Positions 9,535 through 19,786 of a stretch of DNA of 64,000 nucleotides are shown here, one piece after another; within the stretch, counting starts at the first letter, position 1; the number at the start of each line of letters is the position of its first letter. This stretch comes from Cyanophora paradoxa CCMP329. Taxonomy: Eukaryota; Plantae; Glaucophyta. A program made the position numbers and the translations under genes. The notes beneath the pieces were generated by a model. The model had not been told where the DNA came from. It searched no databases and was given only the letters and a program-made list of their open reading frames with translations. Location of the stretch: contig QPMI01000408.1 in the NCBI GenBank assembly GCA_004431415.1, positions 124,001 through 188,000 of the forward strand. Reading direction: 5' to 3'.

Positions 9535-10317
9535 ATGTCTGACGTTCCCGAATTTAATGCTGGTGAGATGATTAAACCCCCTTTTCGCGTATTAGCAATC
9601 GGAAAAAGCGCAACGGGCAAGTCAGAAGCGGTAAAGTATTGGTTAAAGCAACTTCACGATGCAAAAAAGATAGATGTGGTTCTCGTTGTAAGTGGGACGA
9701 GTTTCAATCATTTCTGGAATGATGTCGCTACATTACAACTTGGTAAATGGGATGCGCCTTACATCGCTAAACTTCTCGATGAACGACAAGAGAAAATTGA
9801 GAAAGGAGAACCTGTTAACCAATTGTGTGTCGTTCTTGATGATCTTATAGATAATGAGATAGTCGATCTAACCCGCGATAAAATTATTGGTTCTCTTTAC
9901 AGTCGTGGGCGCCATTCGAAAATTTCGATTATTTGCATAACTCAGAAATTGCGTAAGGTTTCTTCAACCATTCGCGTCAACTCGGATTATGCAATGTTCC
10001 TAAGTGCCGCCAATCGCAAAGAACTGGAAGCCATTGAAGAAGAATACAATATCATGCGGGATAAAGACGCTTTCTATAAGATGTTTGAGGAATACGTTCA
10101 CTCCTATCAGTTTCTCATTTGGAGTTCTGCGAATTATTCGGTGGAATACTATGTTGATAAAGCGGAACTCGTAAAAGACTTTAAGTTTCCTCGGTTTCAC
10201 AGAAAGCCAAAAAAGAAAGAAGATGAATTAAAACCGCCTGAGAAGGAGGAAGCGCCGAAAGAGATTAAAAGCGCTGTTCACACGAATAAGTTGATGCGAT
10301 ATAAGAGGGGACTGTAA
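9535..10317 (+). CDS. A32-like (FtsK/HerA) genome packaging ATPase
   Basis: Walker A GKSATGKS, Walker B VVLDD, SRGRH and ITQ motifs; ATG start at 9535 preferred. Confidence 0.93.
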   Translation: MSDVPEFNAGEMIKPPFRVLAIGKSATGKSEAVKYWLKQLHDAKKIDVVLVVSGTSFNHFWNDVATLQLGKWDAPYIAKLLDERQEKIEKGEPVNQLCVVLDDLIDNEIVDLTRDKIIGSLYSRGRHSKISIICITQKLRKVSSTIRVNSDYAMFLSAANRKELEAIEEEYNIMRDKDAFYKMFEEYVHSYQFLIWSSANYSVEYYVDKAELVKDFKFPRFHRKPKKKEDELKPPEKEEAPKEIKSAVHTNKLMRYKRGL

Positions 10318-10345
10318 AATTATCTCTGTATGTTATAAATATACA

Positions 10346-11076
10346 ATGCCGCCGAAACGTAGAGGTGTTCCCGCTGGTGCAATGTCATATTCCGGCGGTG
10401 AAAGTCACGGATCTCTCAACACTACACCCATGAAATTCAACGGAATGAGCGAAGTGAAACCATCGCAACAGGAAGAAGATCCCTTAAATGCGGCGTATGA
10501 AGAAGCGCCCGGTGATAAAGCGCCGCAAACCTCCCAAAGTGAGCAACTGAACATTACGCCGGAAGTCTCGAAGATGAAGGCGGTCGGTGAAGGTGCGCGC
10601 CGGATTATCGGTGCTGCCGATGATCGTGAACTTGGTCTAAAAGATCTTTCACTCGCTCGCAAGGGTGAAGGTGTTTCCAAAGAATCCGATAAGGTAATTC
10701 AATCGATGGCTGGTGAAGTTACTTACAAGGTTGCGCCAACTCAAAACATCCACCGAATCCCGAAAGCGCAATGGGATGAGATGACCGCTAAATTAAAGGA
10801 TCTGGAAGCGAAATCAAGCGCTCTTGAACAGTATGTAACTGAGAAGAAAGAACGCGCTAAAATCAAGGAAATGCTGCGCAAAGAAGTATTCCGAATGGGT
10901 ATTACCGGTCTTCCGATAAGCAGTTTATTGGTAAGAAGGAGACTCAAATTGATGAACAAGCGGTAGATGAGTTGAAGACAAAGACCCAAAAGGGAACAGT
11001 TGAACCTGGCGCAACCAAAGCGGAAGTCGACAAAGGTGTAGCTCCCACAGCATACAAGCGGAGAGTTTGGCTTTAA
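10346..11076 (+). CDS. Hypothetical charged protein, probably with a -1 frameshift near 10912
   Basis: The ORF 10346..10966 has a coding-like continuation in the -1 frame (SDKQFIGKKETQIDEQAVDELK...RRVWL*) ending at 11076. Confidence 0.6.
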
Positions 11077-11102
11077 TTATATATTGTTTAAAGAGGGAAT
11101 CA

Positions 11103-11321
11103 ATGGAGTTTCTGAAAAAGATCATTGAGATGTTTGAGATGCATTGCATAACCGATTGTCACAATGATTGCTGCGATACGAAATTCGAAATGGATTTCTC
11201 AGATGGTGGAAGCGATGGAGGGCGAAGGCAATCACAAGATTCGATAACAACTGAGACAGTCACCGTTACAGAAACAGAGACTGTCCGTCGCCGATCGTTT
11301 GCGCAAAACGATCATAAATAA
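11103..11321 (+). CDS. Small Cys/His-containing hypothetical protein
   Basis: ATG at 11103, MEFLKKIIEMFEMHCITDCHNDCCD; fills the gene-dense array. Confidence 0.5.
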   Translation: MEFLKKIIEMFEMHCITDCHNDCCDTKFEMDFSDGGSDGGRRQSQDSITTETVTVTETETVRRRSFAQNDHK

Positions 11322-11528
11322 TATCTTTGGTTATGGTATCAAATGTCATACGAAAAGATCTACTCCATCATACTATCGAAACGAAAGATTTACGCTGTTA
11401 AATCTGCAATTGAAGAACGTAGACACCAACTGGCTTTGGTCACCAAAAAATGACACCATAAACTACTTAAAGACGTAACGCATAATACAGAGTGGTAAAA
11501 GATTTTCTCAACTATATATAAAGGGAAC

Positions 11529-11834
11529 ATGGCGACTGTAATTCATATAACCGAAGACATGATTAGCGTTGTCGAATTCGGCGATGAAGAAGATGAGACC
11601 CGCGCCAATTACAAGATGAGAGATGCTCTCAGGAAGCGAACGCTTTACAACGAAGACCCGGTTTATCGGGAGTATAAGAAGGCGCAATCACTCGCTTCAT
11701 ATTATCGTCGTAAGGAGCGGGAGGGAATCGAAAACAAGTCGCGGGACGTCCACGAAAGTATTAAGGAAAACACCCATTTGACCGCTGAACCCAATTACTC
11801 ATTTTTCGAGCGGTCTATCGATATTCTTCGATAG
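11529..11834 (+). CDS. Small basic hypothetical protein
   Basis: 101-aa ORF preceded by AAAAAATGAC at 11445. Confidence 0.6.
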   Translation: MATVIHITEDMISVVEFGDEEDETRANYKMRDALRKRTLYNEDPVYREYKKAQSLASYYRRKEREGIENKSRDVHESIKENTHLTAEPNYSFFERSIDILR

Positions 11835-11963
11835 ATCCGTAACCATCTCCCGATTGCCGTTTTTGGTAATTGAGGAGATATCAAGCACTTAAAGGTTAGC
11901 CGCCAAAAAATGACAGGAATCCGGAGAAACTCTTTTCTCCATTAAGTATAAGAAGAGCCCAAG

Positions 11964-14356
11964 ATGTTCAACTCTCAGCAACCGAACGGACTTAAAATCG
12001 CTCTCTTTGAGAAGGTGGATCGCTCCACTCTCAAATACCTGATTGATAATTTCGAGACTTTGGAGTATCGACCTGATATTGATGCAACTGCTACTCTCAC
12101 CCTTCTCCAACGTTATTTCAAGGATTTGAAGCGAGATGGGCGCATTGAAGTTAAATATCATCAATGCAAGCATAATACTGGTCGTTATTTCGTGAATCTT
12201 GAACACATCAAGAAGAAGCAAGCATCAATGCAAGGAATGCCCAGAGAATTCCGCCACACTCTTGCTCGCGATTTCTACTACGATATCGATATGAAAAATG
12301 CGCATCCCACACTTCTCATTCAGTATTGTGAAAAAAATGAAATCGTTTGTGAGGGTCTTACTGATTATGTCGACAATCGTGATAGTATCATTGCTGATAT
12401 AAGCAAGAAATCGGGACTTTCTCGCGAAGATATCAAGAAAGCGTTTCTTTCTGTTGTAAACGGGGTGGGGCTCAATTGATAACAAGGAACTGCTGAACCA
12501 CCCCAAGTTCAAAGCAGTTAAGAACGAAATCACAGGAATTCACGCTCAAATTGCAAGCATGCCCGAAAACCACAACTTCTTCTTGATTTGCAAGCGAAAG
12601 AAGGAGTATAACATCTTTGGTTCAACCATTAATATGGTTCTCTGCAAATTGGAGAATGAATGTCTGATTGCGCTTTGTCAGTATTTAACCTCACTTGCTG
12701 TAAAAGTTGGCGTTCTCGTTTATGATGGTTGCATGGTTGAAAAAGCCCCTGAATTACCCGAAACTCGTCTCCACAATATTCTCTGTGATGCTACCAAGTA
12801 TATTGAGAATGTCACTGGCTACAAGATTGAGTTGATGATTAAACCAATGGATCAAGGATTTACGATTCCAACAAATTCAAAAAGTGTATCCTCTCCTCTT
12901 AATATTGTTCGGGATGATCGTGAAGCTGCTCTCACATTTGTTAAATCGATTGAGGGGCGAGTGGTCATGTCTGATGGTCGTATATTCGCTCAGACAGACG
13001 ATTTTCTGTGGACTGATGATTCCACAATGGTCTACAATATAATGTTGAAATTGTGCATGGAGTGCTATATGTTCAAGGAGGATGACAAAGGTAACTTGAA
13101 GCCATATTCTACCAATCTTACTGGGGCAGATCGAATTATCAAGACAGCCAAAGCATTTCTGCCCAATAATCGTGTGTTCTACAATGATAGTATGTGGTCA
13201 TCGACCATTGGAAAATTGTGCTACCGAAATGGTGTGTATGATTTCGAGACAAAGAAGCTCACACCATGGGACAAATGTGACAAGATCTATTCTACCACTC
13301 GAATCGAGAGGGATCTTCTTGTTGACAAAGATGGATATGTGATCAAGCCATCTGATTCGGATATTCAAACCCTTTTCGACAAGATTCTGGAACCCGTTTT
13401 CGGAAATGATTCGATTTCTTCTGCTCTGGAATTTACAGCTCGTGCAATGGCTGGGAAATACGAAGATAAACAGTGGGGATTATCAATTGGTGAACGCAAT
13501 TGTGGTAAGGGGGTTTATGTGAATCTCAATGAAAATACCTGGGGAAGTGGATATGTGCACACCATCAGTGGGGAGGCATTCTTGCTGAATAAGAACTCAG
13601 ATGACAACGATACCTCCAAGTTAAAGTGGATGAAACCTTGTGAATTTCGTCGTCTGACATTCACCCAAGAGATGAAATTCGATGTCTCAAACACAAATAT
13701 TAAGGTGAATGGTGCAATGATCAAAAAGAAGGAATCTGGTGGTGATGTTCAATGCATGCGTGTTCTATATGAAAATGAGGTCAATATTCGCCTCCAAAGT
13801 CGTTTGTGGATGATCATGAATGATGTTCCACCCATTTCCCCATCTGATACCTTCAAACCATGGTATTGTTCAAGCACCCCACAAATTCGTTGATCAAAAG
13901 ACTGTTGAGGAAATGAACTCTCCTTGTGTGAGATTGGCTTCGGAAGATATCAAGAGTGTTCTGCTAAAAAGTCCTGAGATAATTAGAGCATTCGAATGGA
14001 TGGTGTTTGAAGCCTACAAATCTCAGAAATTCGTGGTTTCTGGGAAGGTTGCTGAGGATATTAATGAATTCCGGGAAGATGCAGGTGATGAAATGTCTCT
14101 GATCAGATCAGTGTTCGAATTCACTCGAAATTCATCCGACTCTGTAACTTCCAAGATGGTTGAGCAAGAGATCAAGCAACTGAGACTGAATATGTCTGCA
14201 AATCGCATTAAAACTGTGATGGGTTTGCTTGGAGCGAAATATGACAAGAATGCAGTTCGCAAGAAGGTTGGAACTGGTTATGATCGTGGCTACAAGGGTG
14301 TGAAGAAGATTGATAAGACACCTACTGTTGTTGAGTTTGATGATGATGATGAGTAA
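11964..14356 (+). CDS. TVpol (PolA-like primase-polymerase) fused to D5-like SF3 helicase, split by two frameshifts (~12465, ~13860)
   Basis: YYDIDMKNAHP and LVYDGCMV polymerase motifs, Walker A GERNCGKG, C-terminal helix-rich domain; spread over three consecutive ORFs. Confidence 0.85.
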
Positions 14357-14420
14357 AATACTTCTGTTATGATTCTGATTTCTATATACATTCTTTTTTA
14401 TACCTTACTGGAAATGGACA

Positions 14421-14617
14421 GTAGGCACTTGAATAATTGAAGTAGGCACTTTTCAATTGAGGTTAGGCACTTTTAATTGACGTTAGGCACTTAGGCACCT
14501 TTCCTGGAAACTCTCTATAAAAAATAAAATCAACGTTTTGAAAAACACAAGTTGATATATTTGGGACTTCTTTTTAATTCTCGATTAAGAAGTGCCTAAC
14601 TGCCTACAAGCGCCTAC
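14421..14617. promoter_or_regulatory. Internal third copy of the TIR iteron/AT-core module
   Basis: Near-identical to ~30427-30622 (TTAGGCACTTAGGCACC..GGAAACTCTCTATAAAAAATAAAATCAACG..AGTGCCTAAC). Confidence 0.85.
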
Positions 14618-14660
14618 AAAAAATGACGCGATTTCAGAGATGTGATCCAAGAGCACCACA

Positions 14661-14969
14661 ATGACCACATTCTCAAAAGAAGATTTCGCCCGACTCAATC
14701 ATGAATGCTTTGGATCTGATCCAGTTCTGACAGATGCAGAGCAAAGAAAAAAAGTGCTTCGGTTGATCTTGGAGAAAGGAGGATGTAAATATGATCAGAT
14801 GCCCAGGCATTTCAGAAAGAAATTAGATAGATACTGCGAAAATGGAAGAGGCCACCAGTGCGCAAATGATTTCGAGGAAATGAGAGCGGGACAGGGTCGC
14901 CATGATGTGAACCATGCACGAAAGCGACTTCAAGATAAACTTTCAAAACGCGTTCAAAATCCAAAATAA
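14661..14969 (+). CDS. Hypothetical protein (102 aa)
   Basis: ORF preceded by AAAAAATGAC at 14618. Confidence 0.6.
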   Translation: MTTFSKEDFARLNHECFGSDPVLTDAEQRKKVLRLILEKGGCKYDQMPRHFRKKLDRYCENGRGHQCANDFEEMRAGQGRHDVNHARKRLQDKLSKRVQNPK

Positions 14970-14990
14970 AAATGTTCCTTTATAGCAAAG

Positions 14991-17900
14991 ATGCCCCGCC
15001 AAACGAACAGACTGATCAAAGAAAAGAAAAATGAAATACTTGGATTGTTAGGAACTCTCTTAGTTACCGGTGAGATAACCGAAGCGGAATTCGATAGAGA
15101 AGCCACCATCTTAGATAGACGACCGCGATTAGGACAACTCACTGAGATTGCAAATGACCTCTACGATCGCATGCAACGAATGGAGGAATTTATGGGTGAA
15201 GGACAGAGATTAGGAGCAATTGAACCGGACATTGAAGATGGACAAGCGATGAATCAAGCGTATTCGTGGTTAACCTATCGCGCCCGAAATGAAGTTGTCG
15301 TGGATGCTATCGAATTCCTCGAAAGAATCGCACCAAGTCTACCGCAACGCATTAGAACCCGCTTAGATCAACTGAGAGCCGTTAAAGTCCGTCTGACTTT
15401 CGTTTGCAAATTTACCAAAGTAGGTAATCCGCGCATCTATATCACCAAATACATTTACAGCGATTATTTCGTAATTACCCGATCCCGCAACATAGACACA
15501 GAAGTTCGCAAAGCGTTACAGAAAATGCAAGAGGAGATGACACAAGTGGATAGTTACCGTTTAGAGAAGATCGAAATACTTAGAGGTGTAATCATGTCAT
15601 ACGCACCTGTGGGTGGTTGTTATTTCGCAACTCCGGAATGGATCGCATCCAAGAAGGCAACAGTGAATGTTAAGAATATTGACGGTCAAGATTGCTTCAA
15701 GTATGCGATTTTGGCTTACCTGCATCGAAAGGACATTAACAAACACAAGAGCAATGAACCAAGCCAATACCGCCGATGGTTAAATGAACTCAATTTCGAT
15801 GGTATTCAGTTTCCCATTGCATGTGATGCTGAGGTAATCGATCGTTTCGAAGAACTAAACCCCGATTTATCCATTAACATTTACGGAGCCGATAACGCCA
15901 AAGAGTGTTTCTATCCTCTCCATCAATCAAGTAATCCAAGACGAAAGACCAAAATTAACCTTTTACTTATTGAAAACACCGAAGATGATCGGGGACACTA
16001 CATTACTATCATGTCTTTTAGTCGTCTTCTGAAAACTACGTTTGATAAAGCATGTGATGGTCGCATTTATTACTGTGAAACCTGCTTATCGCGTTTCAGA
16101 ACTCAGGAGAAATTAGACCTGCATGTTGAAGCGAATCGCTGCATTGATTGGAGGGAGAGCAAAGGCAAATGCCCAAAAGCGGGAAGCGCAATTGAATTCG
16201 GTCTGCAACATCTACGTAAAACCGTTTGGCTTCCTGTGATCTGTTATGTCAAAGTCGAAGATCATTCGGTTGCTATCGATGCTCAGAGGAGTAAACGTGA
16301 GATTAAAGCGGTTTCACTGAGAGTGGTAATGGGAGAAGAAGTGAGAGCATACCATTTTGAGGGAGCCGATCCTCTCGGTTCTCTCTTTGCTACTCTCCAA
16401 GATATCAGACCCGAAATAGTTGAGACGCTGTTTAGAAATATTTCGATGCATCCACTCACAGACGATCAGAAGGCGGAATACAAGATAACAAAAAACTGTT
16501 ATATTTGCTCTCAGAGATTCACCCACGAAAACTTCCCCGTTCGCGATCATTGTCACCAATCCGGCAATTTCATCGGGAAGGCATGCCGAAACTGTAACCT
16601 CCACCGGCGAATCTCAAAGCAAACCAAAGTAGCTATCGTTGTCGATCACATGGATGAATGCGGACATGGAATATTCCGCAAAATTGCCCAACAAGATGAT
16701 AAATTACGTGTTGAGATTCTAAGCAAGAATTTCGATCAATACCTGTCGCTTCAATGGGGCATGTGGAAGTTCATTGATGCTTCCCATTTCATGGATTTCC
16801 AATCTGTGGATGTGGGTGATTTAATGAGAAAGTTTGAAGCATTCCGCAAATTGGCGTTTTCTCAATATGGATTGGATCCCGCACATTACGTTAGCGCACC
16901 GGGTCTCTCTTGGGACGCTATGCTCAAACACACGAAAGTTAAGATTGCACTAATCGATGATGTAGAGAAATACGAATTTGTTGAGAGAGCAATTCGCGGT
17001 GGATTTGCTACCATGCCCACACGATACGCAAAGGTAGAGAATGCCGACGATCATATAGTATTGTTGGATGCGAATAATCTTTATGGTTATGCTCTCAGTC
17101 AACCACTACCTATCGGAGATTATCGATGGGAAGACATCACAGAGGCACTTAAAGAGGTAGAGGGACGAAGCGCATTTATTGAAGTTGATCTTGAATACCC
17201 CACAAACCTCGAAGATCATTACGATTTCCCACTGATCGTAAATAAAGAAGTGATAACCACTGAGATGCTTGGTGATTATCAACGAAAACTATTAGATCTG
17301 ACGGGCGAAAAGATCAGCAAAGACCCCAAACTTACAGCGACATTTACGCCCAAGAATAAATACGTAATCGCTCGACCTCTTCTTAATTACATCGTTAAGA
17401 AGGGTGTCGTTTTAAAAAAGATACATAAAGTTCTCTCATTCGCTACTTCCCCATTCATGAAATCATATATTGGTCTGAATACTCTACTCAGGCACAAATC
17501 TACTAACCATTTCGAAAGCGACTTCTTTAAACTCATGAACAATGCGATTTATGGTAAATGCTTGGAATCTTGCAGGGGTCGCTCAACTGTCAAGATCGCT
17601 AACAGTGAGAAACTCTGTAAGAAATACGCAGCAAGTCCGCTTATCAAAGCGACCAATGTATTAAACGAAAACGCAGTTGCCTTTGAGATGTATTCGAAGC
17701 ATGTAAATTTAGATAAACCCGTAGCAATTGGCGCTTTCGTTTTGGATTTCGCGAAACTACATAACTATCGGTTCTTCTATGATGTGGTAAGGAAGAAGTG
17801 GGAAACCGCTAAACTACTGTTCCACGATACAGATTCGTTCTGTCTTTTCCTGAAAACCAATAATCTCAATGAAGATATGAAAGAGATAGGTGAGTATCTC

Positions 17901-18272
17901 GATAGGAGCAATTACGATAAATCCCATCCTCTCGTGAGTATCAAAAACCGCATGGTTCCAGGTAAATATAAAAATGAGTTCCCAAATGCAAAGATCATGG
18001 AGTATGTGGGTCTGAGATCGAAACTCTATGCTTTTAGAACTGAGACCAACGAAAGAGTAAAGATGTCGGGGACTTCCTCAAAAGAGGTTCATTTTGACGA
18101 TTTTAAGAGATGTCTGTTCGAAGGCATCATAAAAACAGTATCAGTAACAAACAAGCGAAGGCAAGACCACAACTTATATGACTTGGAGAGCAGAAGGGTC
18201 GCTCTAAACCAACTCGATAGCAAACGGAAGATATCAGCCGACGGCATTCACAGCATTCCATTTGGTCTTTAA
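14991..18272 (+). CDS. Protein-primed B-family DNA polymerase with an endonuclease VII-like Zn insert and a degenerate exonuclease
   Basis: DANNLYG (motif A), KLMNNAIYGK (B), HDTDS (C), SKLY; CYIC..VRDHCH..G..ACRNCN insert. Confidence 0.95.
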   Translation: MPRQTNRLIKEKKNEILGLLGTLLVTGEITEAEFDREATILDRRPRLGQLTEIANDLYDRMQRMEEFMGEGQRLGAIEPDIEDGQAMNQAYSWLTYRARNEVVVDAIEFLERIAPSLPQRIRTRLDQLRAVKVRLTFVCKFTKVGNPRIYITKYIYSDYFVITRSRNIDTEVRKALQKMQEEMTQVDSYRLEKIEILRGVIMSYAPVGGCYFATPEWIASKKATVNVKNIDGQDCFKYAILAYLHRKDINKHKSNEPSQYRRWLNELNFDGIQFPIACDAEVIDRFEELNPDLSINIYGADNAKECFYPLHQSSNPRRKTKINLLLIENTEDDRGHYITIMSFSRLLKTTFDKACDGRIYYCETCLSRFRTQEKLDLHVEANRCIDWRESKGKCPKAGSAIEFGLQHLRKTVWLPVICYVKVEDHSVAIDAQRSKREIKAVSLRVVMGEEVRAYHFEGADPLGSLFATLQDIRPEIVETLFRNISMHPLTDDQKAEYKITKNCYICSQRFTHENFPVRDHCHQSGNFIGKACRNCNLHRRISKQTKVAIVVDHMDECGHGIFRKIAQQDDKLRVEILSKNFDQYLSLQWGMWKFIDASHFMDFQSVDVGDLMRKFEAFRKLAFSQYGLDPAHYVSAPGLSWDAMLKHTKVKIALIDDVEKYEFVERAIRGGFATMPTRYAKVENADDHIVLLDANNLYGYALSQPLPIGDYRWEDITEALKEVEGRSAFIEVDLEYPTNLEDHYDFPLIVNKEVITTEMLGDYQRKLLDLTGEKISKDPKLTATFTPKNKYVIARPLLNYIVKKGVVLKKIHKVLSFATSPFMKSYIGLNTLLRHKSTNHFESDFFKLMNNAIYGKCLESCRGRSTVKIANSEKLCKKYAASPLIKATNVLNENAVAFEMYSKHVNLDKPVAIGAFVLDFAKLHNYRFFYDVVRKKWETAKLLFHDTDSFCLFLKTNNLNEDMKEIGEYLDRSNYDKSHPLVSIKNRMVPGKYKNEFPNAKIMEYVGLRSKLYAFRTETNERVKMSGTSSKEVHFDDFKRCLFEGIIKTVSVTNKRRQDHNLYDLESRRVALNQLDSKRKISADGIHSIPFGL

Positions 18273-18457
18273 TATACTTGCTCAATACTTCTCTTTTTAT
18301 TTTTTCGATCTCCAAGTAGCAGTAAACCACGGATCAGATGCAGCAACCATATGCACCTTAAACCGGGGTCGTTTGGATCAATCGCAAAGTAGTTTGGTTT
18401 TGGGTGTTCTGTCCAAACCGGCTCGTCCATTATTAATATATTGAAAATAAAGTAAAG

Positions 18458-19786
18458 ATGCCCTCAGCACAGATAGGATTGCGACCCGTCCCTAAAATTG
18501 TAAAGAAGAGCATGAAAGAAGACCAAGGGAACATGCTACCAATCACTATTCCGGTCGAAGAGAAGAACACACGAATCTTGAAGAAGTCTGAGATGGTTAA
18601 AGAACTGATCCCGGAGGCATTACCTACTGAGACTGTAACGAAAGAATCAAAGATCGCGAAGAAGTTTTACGATCCGCGCACAGGTTACAAGGGTTTCGGA
18701 GCAATGAGAAAGGAACTACCAGAGGAGGATTACAAGAAGATGAGAGAATGGTATGATAAACAGGAAGTCGTTCAGATAAACGCACCGACCCTTTCAAGAA
18801 AGAGAGACCCGATGATTCCAATTCGGCAACCTCTCGATACTTACGTAATCGATCTGCTCTTTTTCCCTGCATACAAGAACCAAAACGACGGTTACGATAC
18901 GTTCATGTCCGCGATGGAATCTACCTTACGCACGGGTTACATCATTCCGATGAGAGATAAGAGTGCTCTTACGGCGCTTGCGGCGTTTGAGCAGCTACAA
19001 AGAAGAGTTCCGCGACCTATCGCTCGCGTTCAGAGTGACAGCGGAAGCGAATTCACAAATACGATGTTCACGAATTACCTTGCTAAGAAGTTCATAGACC
19101 ATCAGATAAGTGATGTCGCAGATCATCGAAGCCAAGGTAGAATCGAAGCATTTAACAAGCAGATCAAACGATTGATCACCAACTATTGCATAGCAAACAA
19201 CACAGCGAGATTCTTTGATGTTTTGGGAGACATTGAGTATAACTATAACCATACCATCCACTCGGCAACCAAGAGGAAACCAGCAGAAACGACGGAAGAT
19301 CATTACCGTGAGATTATCGGATTAGAAGATGAGCGGTTCAAGAAGTCGATCGCTTACTTGGATGGTGTGAAACAGGGTATGTTTGTGAGAGTGAGAATAG
19401 AAAAGAATCCATTCGCTAAACAGGGTGTCAATTGGTCGCGAATCGTCTATACTGTCGAAGGGAGAGAGGGTTTCAAGTTTCGGTTGCGAAACCCGAACGG
19501 TGAAATGGTCGAAGGGAGGTTTGCTTTTCATGAACTGTTACCTATCAAAGGTGTAGAGTATCACGAAGCGCCCACAGTGGATGCACTCGAACAAGCGAAA
19601 GAAGAAGCACGGGTCGATTCGGCGATTCGTAAGGAACGTCATGACATATATACACTATATATACACAAACCTCCGACATATATACCCTATATATACACAA
19701 ACCTCCGACATATATACATATACATATACATATACATATATATAATCAAAAAATCGGAAAAAATCCCTCTTTTTTCTACCGTATAA
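18458..19786 (+). CDS. Retroviral-type (rve) DDE integrase
   Basis: VIDL (D), SDSGSEF (D), GRIEAFNK (E), YNHTIHSATKRKP. Confidence 0.93.
   Translation: MPSAQIGLRPVPKIVKKSMKEDQGNMLPITIPVEEKNTRILKKSEMVKELIPEALPTETVTKESKIAKKFYDPRTGYKGFGAMRKELPEEDYKKMREWYDKQEVVQINAPTLSRKRDPMIPIRQPLDTYVIDLLFFPAYKNQNDGYDTFMSAMESTLRTGYIIPMRDKSALTALAAFEQLQRRVPRPIARVQSDSGSEFTNTMFTNYLAKKFIDHQISDVADHRSQGRIEAFNKQIKRLITNYCIANNTARFFDVLGDIEYNYNHTIHSATKRKPAETTEDHYREIIGLEDERFKKSIAYLDGVKQGMFVRVRIEKNPFAKQGVNWSRIVYTVEGREGFKFRLRNPNGEMVEGRFAFHELLPIKGVEYHEAPTVDALEQAKEEARVDSAIRKERHDIYTLYIHKPPTYIPYIYTNLRHIYIYIYIYIYIIKKSEKIPLFSTV
19643..19745 (+). repeat. Short tandem repeat / (TA,CA)n tract in the integrase 3' end
   Basis: GACATATATAC.CTATATATACACAAACCTCC twice, then (CATATA)n. 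Confidence 0.85.
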
